Positions 21,365 through 32,145 of a DNA stretch of 64,000 nucleotides are shown in pieces. How positions within the stretch are numbered: the first letter of the stretch is position 1; each line of letters starts with the position of its first letter. The notes beneath the pieces were generated by a model that had not been told where the DNA came from, did no database searches, and worked only from the letters and a program-made list of their open reading frames with translations. This DNA comes from Rhodospirillaceae bacterium (lineage in GTDB: Bacteria; Pseudomonadota; Alphaproteobacteria; UBA7887): contig PBWV01000047.1 in the NCBI GenBank assembly GCA_002728255.1, positions 27,368 to 91,367 of the forward strand, given 5' to 3'. The position numbers were made by a program, and so were the translations under genes.

Positions 21365-22291
21365 ATGTCACAAATTAATGCCTCCCTAGTAAAAGAACTG
21401 AGGGAATTGACTAGTGCTGGGATGATGGACTGTAAGAAGGCACTTACGGAGACCCAAGGTGATATTGAGCAAGCCATAGATTGGTTAAGAAAGAAAGGAC
21501 TTTCATCTGCGGCGAAAAAGGCAGCCAGGGTGGCATCGGAAGGCTTAATAGCTTTGTCGCTACGGGATGGCGTGGGTTCAATGGTGGAAGTAAATTCAGA
21601 AACTGACTTTGTTGCGCGTAATGCTGAGTTTCAAGAATATGCGGTAAAAACGGCTGAGGTGGCGTTGACAAATGGCAAAGAAGTGGAAGTTCTTTCCGGG
21701 GCGCATTTTCCTGATTCGGGACGTTCTGTTGGCGAGGAACTGTTAGAGATGGTGGCAAGAATTGGGGAAAATATGGTTTTAAGAAGAAGCGCCCGACTGG
21801 AAGTGGAGCAGGGCGTTGTGGCAGGTTACTTGCATAACACAGTAGTGCCACATGCTGGTAAAATAGGGGTACTAGTTGGTCTCCAGTCTACTGCAGATAA
21901 GAATGCACTCAATGAGTTTGGGCGAAAGTTAGCTATGCATATCTGTGCAGCTCGTCCTATAGCTGTAAATAAAGACGCTATTGATGAAGTTTTGATAGAG
22001 AGAGAACGAGCGGTTCTCCGGGAACAAGCTCAAGGCAGTGGAAAGACTCCTCAAATAATAGAGAAAATGGTAGAAGGTCGGCTACGTAAATACTATGAGG
22101 AGGCCTCACTCGAAGATCAGACCTATGTTGTCGATGGAGAAACTAAAATTAAGAAAGTTGTTGAAAAATTTGAAAAGGAATCAGGGGTGGACGTCAGTAT
22201 TACTGAGTTTGTCCGATTTGAACTTGGCGAAGGAGTCGAGAAGGAGACAGAGGACTTTGCGGCAGAAGTTGCTGCGCAGATCAAGAAGTAG
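21365..22291 (+). CDS. tsf: elongation factor Ts
   Basis: 308 aa. The N-terminal UBA-like segment LVKELRELTSAGMMDCKKAL is diagnostic. Confidence 0.95.
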   Translation: MSQINASLVKELRELTSAGMMDCKKALTETQGDIEQAIDWLRKKGLSSAAKKAARVASEGLIALSLRDGVGSMVEVNSETDFVARNAEFQEYAVKTAEVALTNGKEVEVLSGAHFPDSGRSVGEELLEMVARIGENMVLRRSARLEVEQGVVAGYLHNTVVPHAGKIGVLVGLQSTADKNALNEFGRKLAMHICAARPIAVNKDAIDEVLIERERAVLREQAQGSGKTPQIIEKMVEGRLRKYYEEASLEDQTYVVDGETKIKKVVEKFEKESGVDVSITEFVRFELGEGVEKETEDFAAEVAAQIKK

Positions 22292-22436
22292 ATACACTGC
22301 TCTGGTTTGGCAAAGTATTTTATGAAGGTTTTGGTAGTAAAACTTTATTTTTTGCCATCTTCCTGATGACTAAACCCGTTAGATCAATCTAGAAATGATT
22401 TTAGAAGACTCAATATGTTGATAGGATTGTAGACGA

Positions 22437-23186
22437 GTGTCCGCCTTAATGAAACGTCCCCTGAAAAAAGGCAAACCTAACCGGGTGTTGCTGAAAGTAT
22501 CCGGTGAATCCCTTATGGGGGAAAGAGATTTTGGCCTAGATTACGATTCCCTTCACAGGATTGCTGAAGATATTTTTGCGGTACACTCTACTGGTGTACA
22601 GGTGTGCCTAGTTGTTGGAGCAGGAAATATTTTTCGTGGATTATCTGGCTCGGAAATGGGGATAGAGCGCACTACTGCAGATGGCATGGGCATGTTGGCG
22701 ACTGTCATAAATTCCCTGGCAATGCAAAGTGTTCTCGAGGGGATTGGGGCGGATACACGGGTGCAATCGGCTATTCCTATAAATAGTATTTGTGAGCCAT
22801 ATATTCGACGAAAGGCAGTTCGGCATTTGACGAAAGGCAGGATAGTTATCTTTGCGGCCGGCACGGGTAATCCCTTTTTTACTACCGACACAGCAGCGGC
22901 GCTTCGTGCAGCTGAAATGTCGTGTGATCTCCTATTAAAGGGCACCCAAGTGGATGGGGTTTATACGAAAGATCCCAAACTAGAGCCATCTGCAGAAAGA
23001 TATGATAGACTTTCTTTTACCCGAGTACTGCGGGAAGACCTTAAAGTTATGGATGCTGCAGCTATTTCTTTGGCTAGGGACAACAACATTCCTATAATGA
23101 TTTTCTCGATACACGATAATGGTGCGTTTAAGGAAATTATTGATGGAAATGGTAAATTTACATTGATAGATGGTTCAACTGAGTAA
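22437..23186 (+). CDS. pyrH: UMP kinase
   Basis: 249-aa amino-acid-kinase fold with LLKVSGESL and the conserved G-rich loops. Confidence 0.92.
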   Translation: MSALMKRPLKKGKPNRVLLKVSGESLMGERDFGLDYDSLHRIAEDIFAVHSTGVQVCLVVGAGNIFRGLSGSEMGIERTTADGMGMLATVINSLAMQSVLEGIGADTRVQSAIPINSICEPYIRRKAVRHLTKGRIVIFAAGTGNPFFTTDTAAALRAAEMSCDLLLKGTQVDGVYTKDPKLEPSAERYDRLSFTRVLREDLKVMDAAAISLARDNNIPIMIFSIHDNGAFKEIIDGNGKFTLIDGSTE

Positions 23187-23202
23187 TCGGGAGAAATCTG
23201 TT

Positions 23203-23760
23203 ATGTCTGATTTCGAAATAGATGATTTAGGGAGGCGAATGCAGGGAGCAATTGCTGTTTTTGTCGAGGAACTACAGGGACTACGCACGGGGCGTGCCTC
23301 CGTAGGGTTGCTCGAGCCAATAGTAGTTGAAGCCTATGGAAGTAGTACGCCTTTGAGTCAAGTGGCTACGATAAGCGCTCCCGAGCCTCGTCTATTAACA
23401 GTCCAAGTATGGGATAAAACCTTGGTTAAGGCCGTGGAGACGGGTATTTTGTCAGGAAATTTGGGTGTGAACCCTGTTTCAGAGGGGCAACTGATTAGAG
23501 TTCCAATACCAGAGCTCACGGAGGAACGAAGGAAAGAGTTGGCAAAAATCGCGCATCAATATGCAGAACAAGCCCGTATTTCAGTTCGTAATGTACGGAG
23601 AGACGGGATGGATATTCTAAAAAAAGAGGAGCGCTCAGGGATCATATCCAAGGATGAGCATCATACGATTTCTGCTGAAGTCCAGAAACTCACAGACACA
23701 AATATTGCTAAAGTGACCGAGCTTTTGGAAAGTAAAGAGCAAGAGATCTTGCAGGTCTAG
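23203..23760 (+). CDS. frr: ribosome recycling factor
   Basis: RRF family. The ORF track starts at 23170 (overlapping pyrH), but the ATG at 23203, preceded by GGGAG, gives the canonical ~185-aa protein (MSDFEIDDL..). Confidence 0.92.
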   Translation: MSDFEIDDLGRRMQGAIAVFVEELQGLRTGRASVGLLEPIVVEAYGSSTPLSQVATISAPEPRLLTVQVWDKTLVKAVETGILSGNLGVNPVSEGQLIRVPIPELTEERRKELAKIAHQYAEQARISVRNVRRDGMDILKKEERSGIISKDEHHTISAEVQKLTDTNIAKVTELLESKEQEILQV

Positions 23761-23764
23761 TAGA

Positions 23765-24496
23765 ATGGCTGTTCCAGCCCATGAGGATGAGTCTCGTCTA
23801 CCTCGACACGTAGCCATAATTATGGATGGGAATGGTCGATGGGCTACAAGAAATTCGCTTCCCAGATCTGCTGGTCATCGCAAGGGAGCACAAACAGTAC
23901 AAATGGCAGTGGAAGTATGCTGCCGACTTGGGATTTCATATCTGACCCTATTTGCGTTTTCTTCGGAGAATTGGAAGAGACCAAAGAGTGAAGTTCAAAC
24001 TCTCATGGGTCTTCTGCGTTTTTACTTGCGGGATGAAATTGATAAATTATCTGACTCCGGTGTTCGACTGAAAGTTATAGGTGAAAAAAAGAGACTTGAA
24101 GGGGATATCCAAAAATTAATTCGCTCTGCTGAGAATCGTACAAAAAGAAATAATAAACTTAATCTTACGGTTGCCCTCGATTATGGCGGAAGACAGGAAA
24201 TCATGAGGGCGGTAAAAAGTATTGTCGCAGATGTTGCTGTTGAGAAATTTGATATAGATAATCTTGATGAGAAAAAATTTGAAACTTATCTTGAAACTGT
24301 AGGAATCCCCGAACCAGATTTGCTGATTAGAACAAGTGGGGAACGCAGAATAAGTAACTTTCTTTTATGGCAGTCTGCCTATTCTGAACTCGTATTTGTT
24401 GACACCCTTTGGCCAGATTTTGAAGAGCGAGACTTTTTGTTAGCTATCAAGGAGTTTTCGGAGAGAGATCGGCGTTATGGTGGGACCAGAAGTTAA
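23765..24496 (+). CDS. uppS: ditrans,polycis-undecaprenyl-diphosphate synthase
   Basis: 243 aa with the HVAIIMDGNGRWA motif of cis-prenyltransferases. Confidence 0.92.
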   Translation: MAVPAHEDESRLPRHVAIIMDGNGRWATRNSLPRSAGHRKGAQTVQMAVEVCCRLGISYLTLFAFSSENWKRPKSEVQTLMGLLRFYLRDEIDKLSDSGVRLKVIGEKKRLEGDIQKLIRSAENRTKRNNKLNLTVALDYGGRQEIMRAVKSIVADVAVEKFDIDNLDEKKFETYLETVGIPEPDLLIRTSGERRISNFLLWQSAYSELVFVDTLWPDFEERDFLLAIKEFSERDRRYGGTRS

Positions 24497-25304
24497 CTTG
24501 AAATTTTCACGAAACCTTCAACTGCGGCTTTTCTCGGCAGTTTGTATATTGCCAATTCCAATTTTGGTGATATGGAATGGTTCATGGATATTTGCTATTT
24601 TTGTAGGCCTTCTAGGAAACTTCCTGATGCGAGAGTGGAATAGATTGATTGGACTAGGCCAGATAACTAGCATTAGTTATGTCGGCCCGGCTTTGTTGGG
24701 GTTATCTATTTTGGTATTTTGGTCGTCTAATCTTTGGATGGCTTTTCTTTGCGTAGTTGGGGCGGTTTTTGTTAACTTTTTGGTTGGAATTAGAAATAAT
24801 TGTAGCAAGGTTTTGAGCCTCTTGGGGTCAATTTATGTATTCTTACCTTGCGCCTGTGTTATTTGGATACGGGAATTTCCGCAGATAGGCTTGGCACTAA
24901 TGTTTTGGTTGCTTATTGTTGTTTGCTCGACAGATACGGGCGCTTATTTCTTTGGGAAAATGGTGGGTGGTCCCAGGCTTGCGCCACGAATCAGCCCTGG
25001 TAAAACATGGGCGGGACTACTCGGAGGGGTGATTTGTGCTGGTCTCTTTGGAACACTGTTTGGAGTGCTTTGGTATGACTTTCCTATGGCGCTAAAGCTT
25101 TGGGAGTGGACAGGGCTTGCTATCCTAGTAGCAGGAGCAGCACAAATAGGAGATCTCGTTGAATCTTGGCTGAAACGACAGATGGGTGTTAAAGACAGTG
25201 GTAAAAGTATTCCCGGACATGGGGGACTACTAGATAGACTAGATGGTTTTATGGTGAGTGCGCCAGTATTTACGGCCATGATGTTACTCATTGATTTAGA
25301 CTGA
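24477..25304 (+). CDS. cdsA: phosphatidate cytidylyltransferase
   Basis: 275-aa polytopic ORF with the C-terminal CTP-transferase signature (SWLKRQMGVKDSGKSIPGHGGLLDRLD). It overlaps uppS by 20 nt. Confidence 0.87.
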   Translation: MVGPEVNLKFSRNLQLRLFSAVCILPIPILVIWNGSWIFAIFVGLLGNFLMREWNRLIGLGQITSISYVGPALLGLSILVFWSSNLWMAFLCVVGAVFVNFLVGIRNNCSKVLSLLGSIYVFLPCACVIWIREFPQIGLALMFWLLIVVCSTDTGAYFFGKMVGGPRLAPRISPGKTWAGLLGGVICAGLFGTLFGVLWYDFPMALKLWEWTGLAILVAGAAQIGDLVESWLKRQMGVKDSGKSIPGHGGLLDRLDGFMVSAPVFTAMMLLIDLD

Positions 25305-25321
25305 CTGATTGCCACAAAAGT

Positions 25322-26494
25322 ATGAACAAGCAGGAAGAACCGCGAACAATAAGTATTTTAGGCTCAACGGGGTCAATTGGCTCCGACACAATCTCTGTAT
25401 TACAGTCTACATCGACTAAGTACCGCGTACTGGCCATTACCGCCCATGAAAGCGTTGAGTTGTTGGCTCAACAGGCGTATGCGTTAGAACCAGAATTTGT
25501 AGTAATTGCTAATAAGGAGAAATATCGTGAGCTAAAAAGACTCTTATCGGGCACCAAAAGTAGGTTAGGTGCGGGGGATGAGGGGTTGCTCGAGGCCGCG
25601 TCTCTTAAAACTAACTGGACCATGGCGGCTATAGTGGGAGCGGCAGGATTAAAACCAGTATTAACAACAATTGCCCATGGTGGAACCGTCGCGCTTGCCA
25701 ATAAAGAAAGTTTGGTTTGTGCAGGAGAATTATTGGCTTTTGAGGCAAAAAAAAGTGGGGCAACTTTGTTGCCTGTGGATTCCGAACATAATGGGGTTTT
25801 TCAAAGCTTTGATTTCAACAATCCGGAAAGCGTCGAAAAGATATACCTTACGGCGTCTGGAGGACCTTTCTTAGATTGTAACAAGGATGATTTGCAACGT
25901 GTAACCCCGGAGCAAGCAGTGAAACATCCCAATTGGGACATGGGTCCAAAAATATCGGTGGATTCCGCGACTATGATGAATAAGGCTTTGGAAGTGATAG
26001 AGGCCTTTCACTTATTTCCTATTAATATCAATCAAATATCTGTTTTAATTCATCCGGAATCTATCATCCATAGCATGGTCTCCTACTGGGATGGTTCGTT
26101 TCTTGCCCATCTTGGGAATCCCGACATGAAGATCCCAATCGCTTATGCGTTGAGTTGGCCCAGAAGGATGCCGTTAAGGGGGTCCAGGCTGGATATTACC
26201 GATGTAGGAAAACTAACGTTCCGCCGAGCATCCCAACAGCAATTCCCTGCCTTGCGACTAGCCAATGAGGTATTGGAGGAGGGGGGAGGGTCCGCGATAG
26301 TAATGAATGCTGCCAACGAAGTAGCAGTGCAGGCTTTTCTCCAATACGAAATATCTTTTATATCAATTCTTAAGATAGTTGAGGCTAGTCTGGCAAGAAT
26401 TCAGTATAATAAAGCTGACAGCATAGAAGAAATCATGTCCATAGATAATGAGGCCCGTCGCATGGCACGGAATCTGATAGCTGCTCTAGACTGA
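25322..26494 (+). CDS. dxr: 1-deoxy-D-xylulose 5-phosphate reductoisomerase
   Basis: 390 aa with the NADPH-binding GSTGSIGSDT and DXR core motifs (LANKESLV, NKALEVIEA). Confidence 0.92.
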   Translation: MNKQEEPRTISILGSTGSIGSDTISVLQSTSTKYRVLAITAHESVELLAQQAYALEPEFVVIANKEKYRELKRLLSGTKSRLGAGDEGLLEAASLKTNWTMAAIVGAAGLKPVLTTIAHGGTVALANKESLVCAGELLAFEAKKSGATLLPVDSEHNGVFQSFDFNNPESVEKIYLTASGGPFLDCNKDDLQRVTPEQAVKHPNWDMGPKISVDSATMMNKALEVIEAFHLFPININQISVLIHPESIIHSMVSYWDGSFLAHLGNPDMKIPIAYALSWPRRMPLRGSRLDITDVGKLTFRRASQQQFPALRLANEVLEEGGGSAIVMNAANEVAVQAFLQYEISFISILKIVEASLARIQYNKADSIEEIMSIDNEARRMARNLIAALD

Positions 26495-26528
26495 TGAGCA
26501 AAATAGACCCGTTGGAGGAAAATAGCTT

Positions 26529-27668
26529 ATGGAGCTAATGACTGGTTTTGCCCACAATATTTTTTGGTTTTTGGTGGTTTTGACCCTGGTAGTTTTCATT
26601 CATGAGCTCGGTCACTATTCTGTAGCAAAAATGTGTGGAGTGAAGGTTGAGGTTTTTTCAGTTGGATTTGGGCGGGAAATTTTTGGCGTAACGGATAAAG
26701 CTGGAACTCGATGGAAATTCAGTTTCCTCCCACTTGGGGGGTACGTAAAATTTTATGGCGATTTAGGTTATTCGGGAGAGAAAGATCAGTCAGCAGATGC
26801 GGAAATGAGCGATGAAGAGCGCAAACTATCGTTCCATTACAAATCTCTCGGACAGAAAAGTGCAATTGTGGCCGCCGGCCCATTAGCCAATTTGTTGTTA
26901 GCGGTAGTGATCTCGACCTTAATTTTCTCGGTAGTGGGAAGGTCCTATACTCCGCCTGTAATTGATGTGGTAATGGAAGGAAGCGTTGCTGATTTGTCTG
27001 GTATTCAGCCTGGTGACCGCATAGTGAAAATAGGGAATAAGAAAATAAATCGATTTGAGGAAGTTCAACAAGTCGTAATGTTCAATCCTGGAAAGATGCT
27101 AGATTTCACAATAGATCGGGAAGGAAAGCTAATTTTTCTTCCTGTCGCCCCGGCCCGTTCAGAGTTCGTGGATCCTATTACAGGCAATACTCATGAGATC
27201 GGATTATTGGGGGTAAGCGTGGATGGCCGAGAGGTAGAGAAAGTATCTTTCGCGGCATCTGTTGTTGAGGCGGTTACCCACACCTACTCCATTTCAATTC
27301 AAACGTTACAAGGAATTGGACAAATTATTACACTTACAAGGAGTGCAAAGGAACTTGGTGGTCCAATTTTGATTGCCCAGTTGTCTGGAGCTCAGGCTGC
27401 CAACGGCCCGGTTTCATTTTTTGGATTCGTCGTAGTTTTGTCGATTACCCTTGGGCTAATAAACTTTTTTCCTATCCCGATGTTAGATGGAGGGCATTTG
27501 TTATTTTATTTTGTGGAATTGGTTCGTGGGAAACCACTGGGGGCAAGAATCCAGGAATATTTTTTTAGAATGGGTTTTGCCATTGTTATCATGATAATGG
27601 CGTTTGCTATTTTTAATGACCTTTCTCGACCCAACGTTGTTGAGTTTTTTTCTCAGATAATTAGTTGA
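26529..27668 (+). CDS. rseP: RIP metalloprotease RseP (site-2 protease with PDZ domain)
   Basis: 379 aa with HELGHY zinc-binding in TM1, a PDZ domain and the C-terminal LDGG motif. Confidence 0.9.
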   Translation: MELMTGFAHNIFWFLVVLTLVVFIHELGHYSVAKMCGVKVEVFSVGFGREIFGVTDKAGTRWKFSFLPLGGYVKFYGDLGYSGEKDQSADAEMSDEERKLSFHYKSLGQKSAIVAAGPLANLLLAVVISTLIFSVVGRSYTPPVIDVVMEGSVADLSGIQPGDRIVKIGNKKINRFEEVQQVVMFNPGKMLDFTIDREGKLIFLPVAPARSEFVDPITGNTHEIGLLGVSVDGREVEKVSFAASVVEAVTHTYSISIQTLQGIGQIITLTRSAKELGGPILIAQLSGAQAANGPVSFFGFVVVLSITLGLINFFPIPMLDGGHLLFYFVELVRGKPLGARIQEYFFRMGFAIVIMIMAFAIFNDLSRPNVVEFFSQIIS

Positions 27669-27675
27669 TTTGTGT

Positions 27676-30000
27676 ATGTTTGGATTAGTCGTTGTGAGAA
27701 GACTTAAGATTGTGTCAAGATTGCGGAAAAGCATTCTTTCTTTAGCCATGAGTTTTGGTCTATTAGGAATTATACTTCCGCCTATAGCTGCCCAGGATGA
27801 ACAAGTAGGTGTTATTCAAGGTATCACCATATTGGGCAATCAAAGGATAGAACGCTCTACTATAATGTCATACATTTCAGTGACTAAAGGATCAACTTTT
27901 GATCCCGTATTAATCGACCGCTCGCTGAAAGACCTTTTTGCTACAGGCTTGTTTGCTGATGTCAACATCGCTCGCGAGGGACAAACGCTGATCATAAATA
28001 TTAGCGAAAACCCCATAATTAATCGAATAGTATTTGAAGGCAATAAACGAATAAAAGATTCTACGCTAGAGGCAGAGGTCAGCCTGCGTCCCCGAGTGGT
28101 TTATACTCGAACTAAGATTCAGAAAGACCTTACGAGATTGCTCCAGCTATACAGGAGCTCCGGCAGATTCTCCGCACGGATTGAACCACGAATTATTGAG
28201 CTTGAACAGAACCGGGTTGATCTAGTGTATGAAATTGTTGAAGGCGAACAGACTGGTATTCAGCGCATTATCTTTGTAGGGAACAAAAATTTTAGCAATA
28301 GAAAGCTGAGAGAAGTAATTCGAACAAAAGAAACACGCTGGTGGCGTTTTCTATCCACTGACGATACTTACGATCCGGATCGGATTAACTTTGACGGAGA
28401 ACTTCTACGCAGGTTTTACCTCAACAATGGTTTCGCAGATTTCCAGGTGAAAACCTCAATCTCAGAATTAACTGATGATAAGAGCGGTTTTTTTGTAACC
28501 TTCGTATTGGATGAAGGACGTCGATACAAGATTGACGATATCACTATTAACACCTCCTTAGAAGAAGTGGAAACCTTTCCATTACGACGCTTGGTCAAGA
28601 CCAAAAAGGGCGATTGGTATAACTTTGATGCGGTGGAATCGAGTATCCAAGAATTAACCAAGGTGATAGGGGAGCAAGGACACGCTTTTGTTGAGGTGCT
28701 GCCTCGCGTCGAACGGAATCGTGTTGCGGGCACAATTTCAATTGCATACGACGTAGGTGAAGGCCAGAGGGTATATGTAGAACGAGTGGAGATAACTGGA
28801 AATGTTAGAACTCTTGATCGAGTAATTCGTAGAAATGTGCGGATAGCGGAGGGTGATGCATTCAATGCGGCTAAGGTCAGGCGCTCTAAACAGTTGATTG
28901 AAGAATTAGGTTTTTTCAAAAATGTTGATATTCAACATACATCGGGATCAACCCCCGATAGGTCCGAACTTAAGATACATGTGCAGGAACAATCCACTGG
29001 AGAACTAACATTTGGCGCTGGGGTGTCGAGTGATAGTGGGCTAATCGGTTCTGCTGGAATTAGAGAAAAAAATTTATTAGGGCGTGGTCAAAACTTAAGC
29101 TTACAATTTCAAATCTCGGGTTTAGATCAAAATATTGAAGCAAGCCTTGACGAACCATATTTCTTAAACCGAGAGGTATCCGCAGGCTTTGATGTTTATA
29201 AGACGAAAAGAGAGTTTAGAGAAAGCTCTTTTAACAGAGACCTTTTAGGTTTTGGGATTCGTGCTAGCTATCCCCTTGGTGAATTTCTGTATCAGCAAGT
29301 GCGCTATGGCTTGAGAAATGAGGAAATTATTCCCTCACTTTTAGCTAGCAGCGTTGTTATTGAAAATGCTGGAGAGTCGATAGTTTCAACCTTAGGACAA
29401 TCGATTTTTTATAAGGAGTTAGATAACAAAATTAATCCAAAAGAAGGCTATTTTATTGGCTTAGTCTCAGATTTAGCTGGACTGGGAGGAGACCGGAAAT
29501 GGCTGAGGAACAAGATTGAGGCCGGAGTATACAAAAAGCTATGGACGGAGGATTGGATAGGTTCGTTAACCGGCGAAATTGGCCTCATAAATGGCTTTTC
29601 AGGAGAAAGAATATCGATTTCGGATCGGTTTTTTCTAGGAGGCCAAAATTTTAGAGGTTTTAAGTCAGGGGGGGTGGGGCCTCGCGATATAAGTACCGAT
29701 AATACTGTGGGTGGAAATCTGCTATACCAGACTACTGCTCAGATGTCTGTTCCATTGGGCTTACCAAGGGAACTGGGTCTAAGCGGCCGAGCCTTTACCA
29801 CTTTTGGTAGTTTAACCAAGGTTGATGAGGCTAGTTCGGCATTTTTACAAGATACAGGAAGTCTTCGGGCTTCAGTCGGAGTAGGATTGGCATGGGACTC
29901 GCCATTTGGACCAATAAGTCTAAACTATGCCCGTCCAGTTCTTAGTGAAACATTTGATGAGACAGAATACATATCTTTTGGAATTGGCTCTTTGTATTAA
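27676..30000 (+). CDS. bamA: outer membrane protein assembly factor BamA
   Basis: About 774 aa with a signal peptide, POTRA repeats and a C-terminal Omp85 beta-barrel ending in an aromatic residue (..GIGSLY). The ORF track starts at TTG 27670; the ATG at 27676 is preferred. Confidence 0.92.
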   Translation: MFGLVVVRRLKIVSRLRKSILSLAMSFGLLGIILPPIAAQDEQVGVIQGITILGNQRIERSTIMSYISVTKGSTFDPVLIDRSLKDLFATGLFADVNIAREGQTLIINISENPIINRIVFEGNKRIKDSTLEAEVSLRPRVVYTRTKIQKDLTRLLQLYRSSGRFSARIEPRIIELEQNRVDLVYEIVEGEQTGIQRIIFVGNKNFSNRKLREVIRTKETRWWRFLSTDDTYDPDRINFDGELLRRFYLNNGFADFQVKTSISELTDDKSGFFVTFVLDEGRRYKIDDITINTSLEEVETFPLRRLVKTKKGDWYNFDAVESSIQELTKVIGEQGHAFVEVLPRVERNRVAGTISIAYDVGEGQRVYVERVEITGNVRTLDRVIRRNVRIAEGDAFNAAKVRRSKQLIEELGFFKNVDIQHTSGSTPDRSELKIHVQEQSTGELTFGAGVSSDSGLIGSAGIREKNLLGRGQNLSLQFQISGLDQNIEASLDEPYFLNREVSAGFDVYKTKREFRESSFNRDLLGFGIRASYPLGEFLYQQVRYGLRNEEIIPSLLASSVVIENAGESIVSTLGQSIFYKELDNKINPKEGYFIGLVSDLAGLGGDRKWLRNKIEAGVYKKLWTEDWIGSLTGEIGLINGFSGERISISDRFFLGGQNFRGFKSGGVGPRDISTDNTVGGNLLYQTTAQMSVPLGLPRELGLSGRAFTTFGSLTKVDEASSAFLQDTGSLRASVGVGLAWDSPFGPISLNYARPVLSETFDETEYISFGIGSLY

Positions 30001-30028
30001 TGGTCGGCTTTATAGGAACAAGGATATA

Positions 30029-30619
30029 ATGATCATACATTTTCTGAATTCTTACCGTTTTTTTTTCATACTAACCCTTCTATGCCTTAATTTTTCTGGG
30101 AGTAAGGTGTCTGCACAGGAAGAGAATACAGTTGAACCTAAGGTTCGAATTGGCGTTGTGGATAGACAGAAGATCATGCAGGATTCTCTTGCTGGTGAGA
30201 GCGTGCGTAAAGAGTTTGAAGCTATGGAGAAGGCTTATCGCGAAGAAATTGGTGCTAGGGAAAATGAATTAAGAGCTCAACAGGAGGAGTTGGGCAGGCA
30301 ACGTGCTATTCTTACTCCTGAGGCTTATTCTGAGCGAGAAAATGAGTTTGCAACTCTTGTGGAAGGCTTACAACGCGATGTTGCGAAAATAAATAAACAG
30401 CTTGATGCTATGCTCCAGTACGGCATGAGGCAGATAGATATACAAACTATACAAATAATCGCAGAAATAGCGGAAGCAAAAGGCTACACTCTAGTCTTGG
30501 ACAAGACACAATTATTGATGGTCAATACAGACTATGAGTTTTCACAGGAAGTTTTAACGGTGTTGAATGCCCGTTTACCAGTGGTCGAAATAACTCTTAT
30601 AGAGGAGACCGCGGAGTAG
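30029..30619 (+). CDS. skp: OmpH/Skp-family periplasmic chaperone
   Basis: About 196 aa with a signal peptide (..NFSGSKVSAQEE) and a coiled-coil-rich body. The position between bamA and lpxD is conserved. The ORF-track start at 29927 overlaps bamA and is unlikely. Confidence 0.78.
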   Translation: MIIHFLNSYRFFFILTLLCLNFSGSKVSAQEENTVEPKVRIGVVDRQKIMQDSLAGESVRKEFEAMEKAYREEIGARENELRAQQEELGRQRAILTPEAYSERENEFATLVEGLQRDVAKINKQLDAMLQYGMRQIDIQTIQIIAEIAEAKGYTLVLDKTQLLMVNTDYEFSQEVLTVLNARLPVVEITLIEETAE

Positions 30620-30632
30620 CGGTGTCAACAAA

Positions 30633-31667
30633 GTGACCATCCAAAATTCTAAAACCTTGGGCCCATTTTCACTGAACGAGATCTGTCATGAGATTGGTGC
30701 CGTGCTGTCAGATTCAAGAAAGGGCTCCGAACTCATAAAAGGTGTAGCTTCTCTCCAAACAGCAACAAGGGAAGAAGTTAGTTTTCTAGAAAATCGCAAG
30801 TATTATAAGTATTTTTGCAATACTCGGGCTAATGCCGTAATCGTGCACCGAAAGGTCCCAAGAGCAGCCCCAAAAGGGGTCACGTTACTCTTTTCAGATA
30901 ATCCACAGAAAGCGTTCGCCTTGGTTAGTCGAATGTTTCACCCATTAGAAGAACCGCTGAATCCTGGAGTAGATGCCGGAGCTTGGCTTCATCAAGATTG
31001 TCTGATAGGAAAAGGCAGCGAGATTCAAAATGGCGCTAAAATTTACGAGAGAGTGCAAATCGGTAAAAATTGTTTAATCGGTGCAAATACCATTATCGGA
31101 AAAGATGTAATCATTGGGGATGACTGCTATATAAAATCAAATGTTACTGTTTCCCATTGTCATATGGGAAACGGCGTTAGTGTCTTTCCAGGCGCAAGAA
31201 TTGGACAACCTGGTTTTGGATTTGCCATGGAAGCTTCAGGTCATACCCAGGTTCCCCAGATAGGTAAAGTGGTTATAGGAAATAATGTGCGTATCGGAGC
31301 TAATACGACAATTGATCGAGGAGCTTTAAGGGATACTATTATAGGTGATGGCTGCATGATAGATAATTTGGTGCAAATCGGCCATAACGTTCAATTGGGG
31401 AGCAACTGTGTTTTAGCTGGTCAAGCTGGCGTGGCTGGCAGTACCATATTAGGAGATTTTGTTGTTGTTGGTGGCCAAACTGCTATCGCTGGACACATAA
31501 ACTTGGGAAACGGGGTGACAATAGCGGGAAAATCGGGGGTAACCCGTGACCTTAAAGGGCCTGGCATTTTTGGAGGTATTCCAGCTGTACCAATTCGGCA
31601 ATGGCGCAGACAGGTGGGTATGTTGAGTAATTTGGTTAAGCGCCGACTTAAAAGGGGGCGGATATGA
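30633..31667 (+). CDS. lpxD: UDP-3-O-(3-hydroxyacyl)glucosamine N-acyltransferase
   Basis: 344 aa with an LpxD N-terminal domain, left-handed beta-helix hexapeptide repeats and a GTG start. Confidence 0.92.
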   Translation: MTIQNSKTLGPFSLNEICHEIGAVLSDSRKGSELIKGVASLQTATREEVSFLENRKYYKYFCNTRANAVIVHRKVPRAAPKGVTLLFSDNPQKAFALVSRMFHPLEEPLNPGVDAGAWLHQDCLIGKGSEIQNGAKIYERVQIGKNCLIGANTIIGKDVIIGDDCYIKSNVTVSHCHMGNGVSVFPGARIGQPGFGFAMEASGHTQVPQIGKVVIGNNVRIGANTTIDRGALRDTIIGDGCMIDNLVQIGHNVQLGSNCVLAGQAGVAGSTILGDFVVVGGQTAIAGHINLGNGVTIAGKSGVTRDLKGPGIFGGIPAVPIRQWRRQVGMLSNLVKRRLKRGRI

Positions 31668-32143
31668 AAGATAATAAAGGCGCCGAGCTGCAGCAAACAA
31701 TCGATGTTAGCCAAATCATGTCGATGATCCCTCATCGTTACCCATTTTTGCTCGTTGATCGAATTTGTGAAATCCGGGCTGACCATAGTGCCATAGGCCT
31801 AAAAAATGTGACCTACAATGAGCCTTTCTTTCAAGGACACTTTCCTGTTGCACCGGTTATGCCAGGTGTTTTGATTATTGAATCAATGGCTCAGACATCT
31901 GCTTTGTTGGTTGTTCATACTCTGGGGGGAGATGCCAATGGAAAGCTTGTATATTTTATGAGTATCGACGGCGCACGTTTCAGGAAACCCGTGGTCCCAG
32001 GTGATCAACTTTTGATTCATGCCGTTAAGCGAAGAAACCGTGGTAATGTTTGGAAGTTATTCTGTGAAGCCAAAGTAGCTGAAACGCTGGTGGCGGAGGC
32101 AATAATTACGGCTATGATATCAGACGAAGAGGTTAAGCGGTAA
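31664..32143 (+). CDS. fabZ: 3-hydroxyacyl-[ACP] dehydratase
   Basis: 159 aa with a hotdog fold (FQGHFPVAPVMPGVLIIESMAQ). ATGA overlap with lpxD. Confidence 0.93.
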   Translation: MKDNKGAELQQTIDVSQIMSMIPHRYPFLLVDRICEIRADHSAIGLKNVTYNEPFFQGHFPVAPVMPGVLIIESMAQTSALLVVHTLGGDANGKLVYFMSIDGARFRKPVVPGDQLLIHAVKRRNRGNVWKLFCEAKVAETLVAEAIITAMISDEEVKR

Positions 32144-32145
32144 AA

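Noticed and set aside
22292-22436. The 145-bp tsf-pyrH spacer as a possible sRNA or terminator locus
   Set aside because: Only a weak AU-rich 5-bp stem followed by TTTATTTTTT is visible (around 22335-22360). It is plausibly a leaky tsf terminator, but not convincing enough to call.
28416-28919. Long antisense ORFs (167 aa here; also 34278-34826, 50129-50653, 4850-5332, 40573-41079, 42287-42787, 16204-16617, 12082-12492, 21444-21851) lying inside strongly supported housekeeping genes
   Set aside because: Each is fully embedded opposite a gene with clear family motifs. Their translations are low-complexity or Arg/Ser/Pro-rich, typical of shadow ORFs. None has a start context or a recognisable domain.
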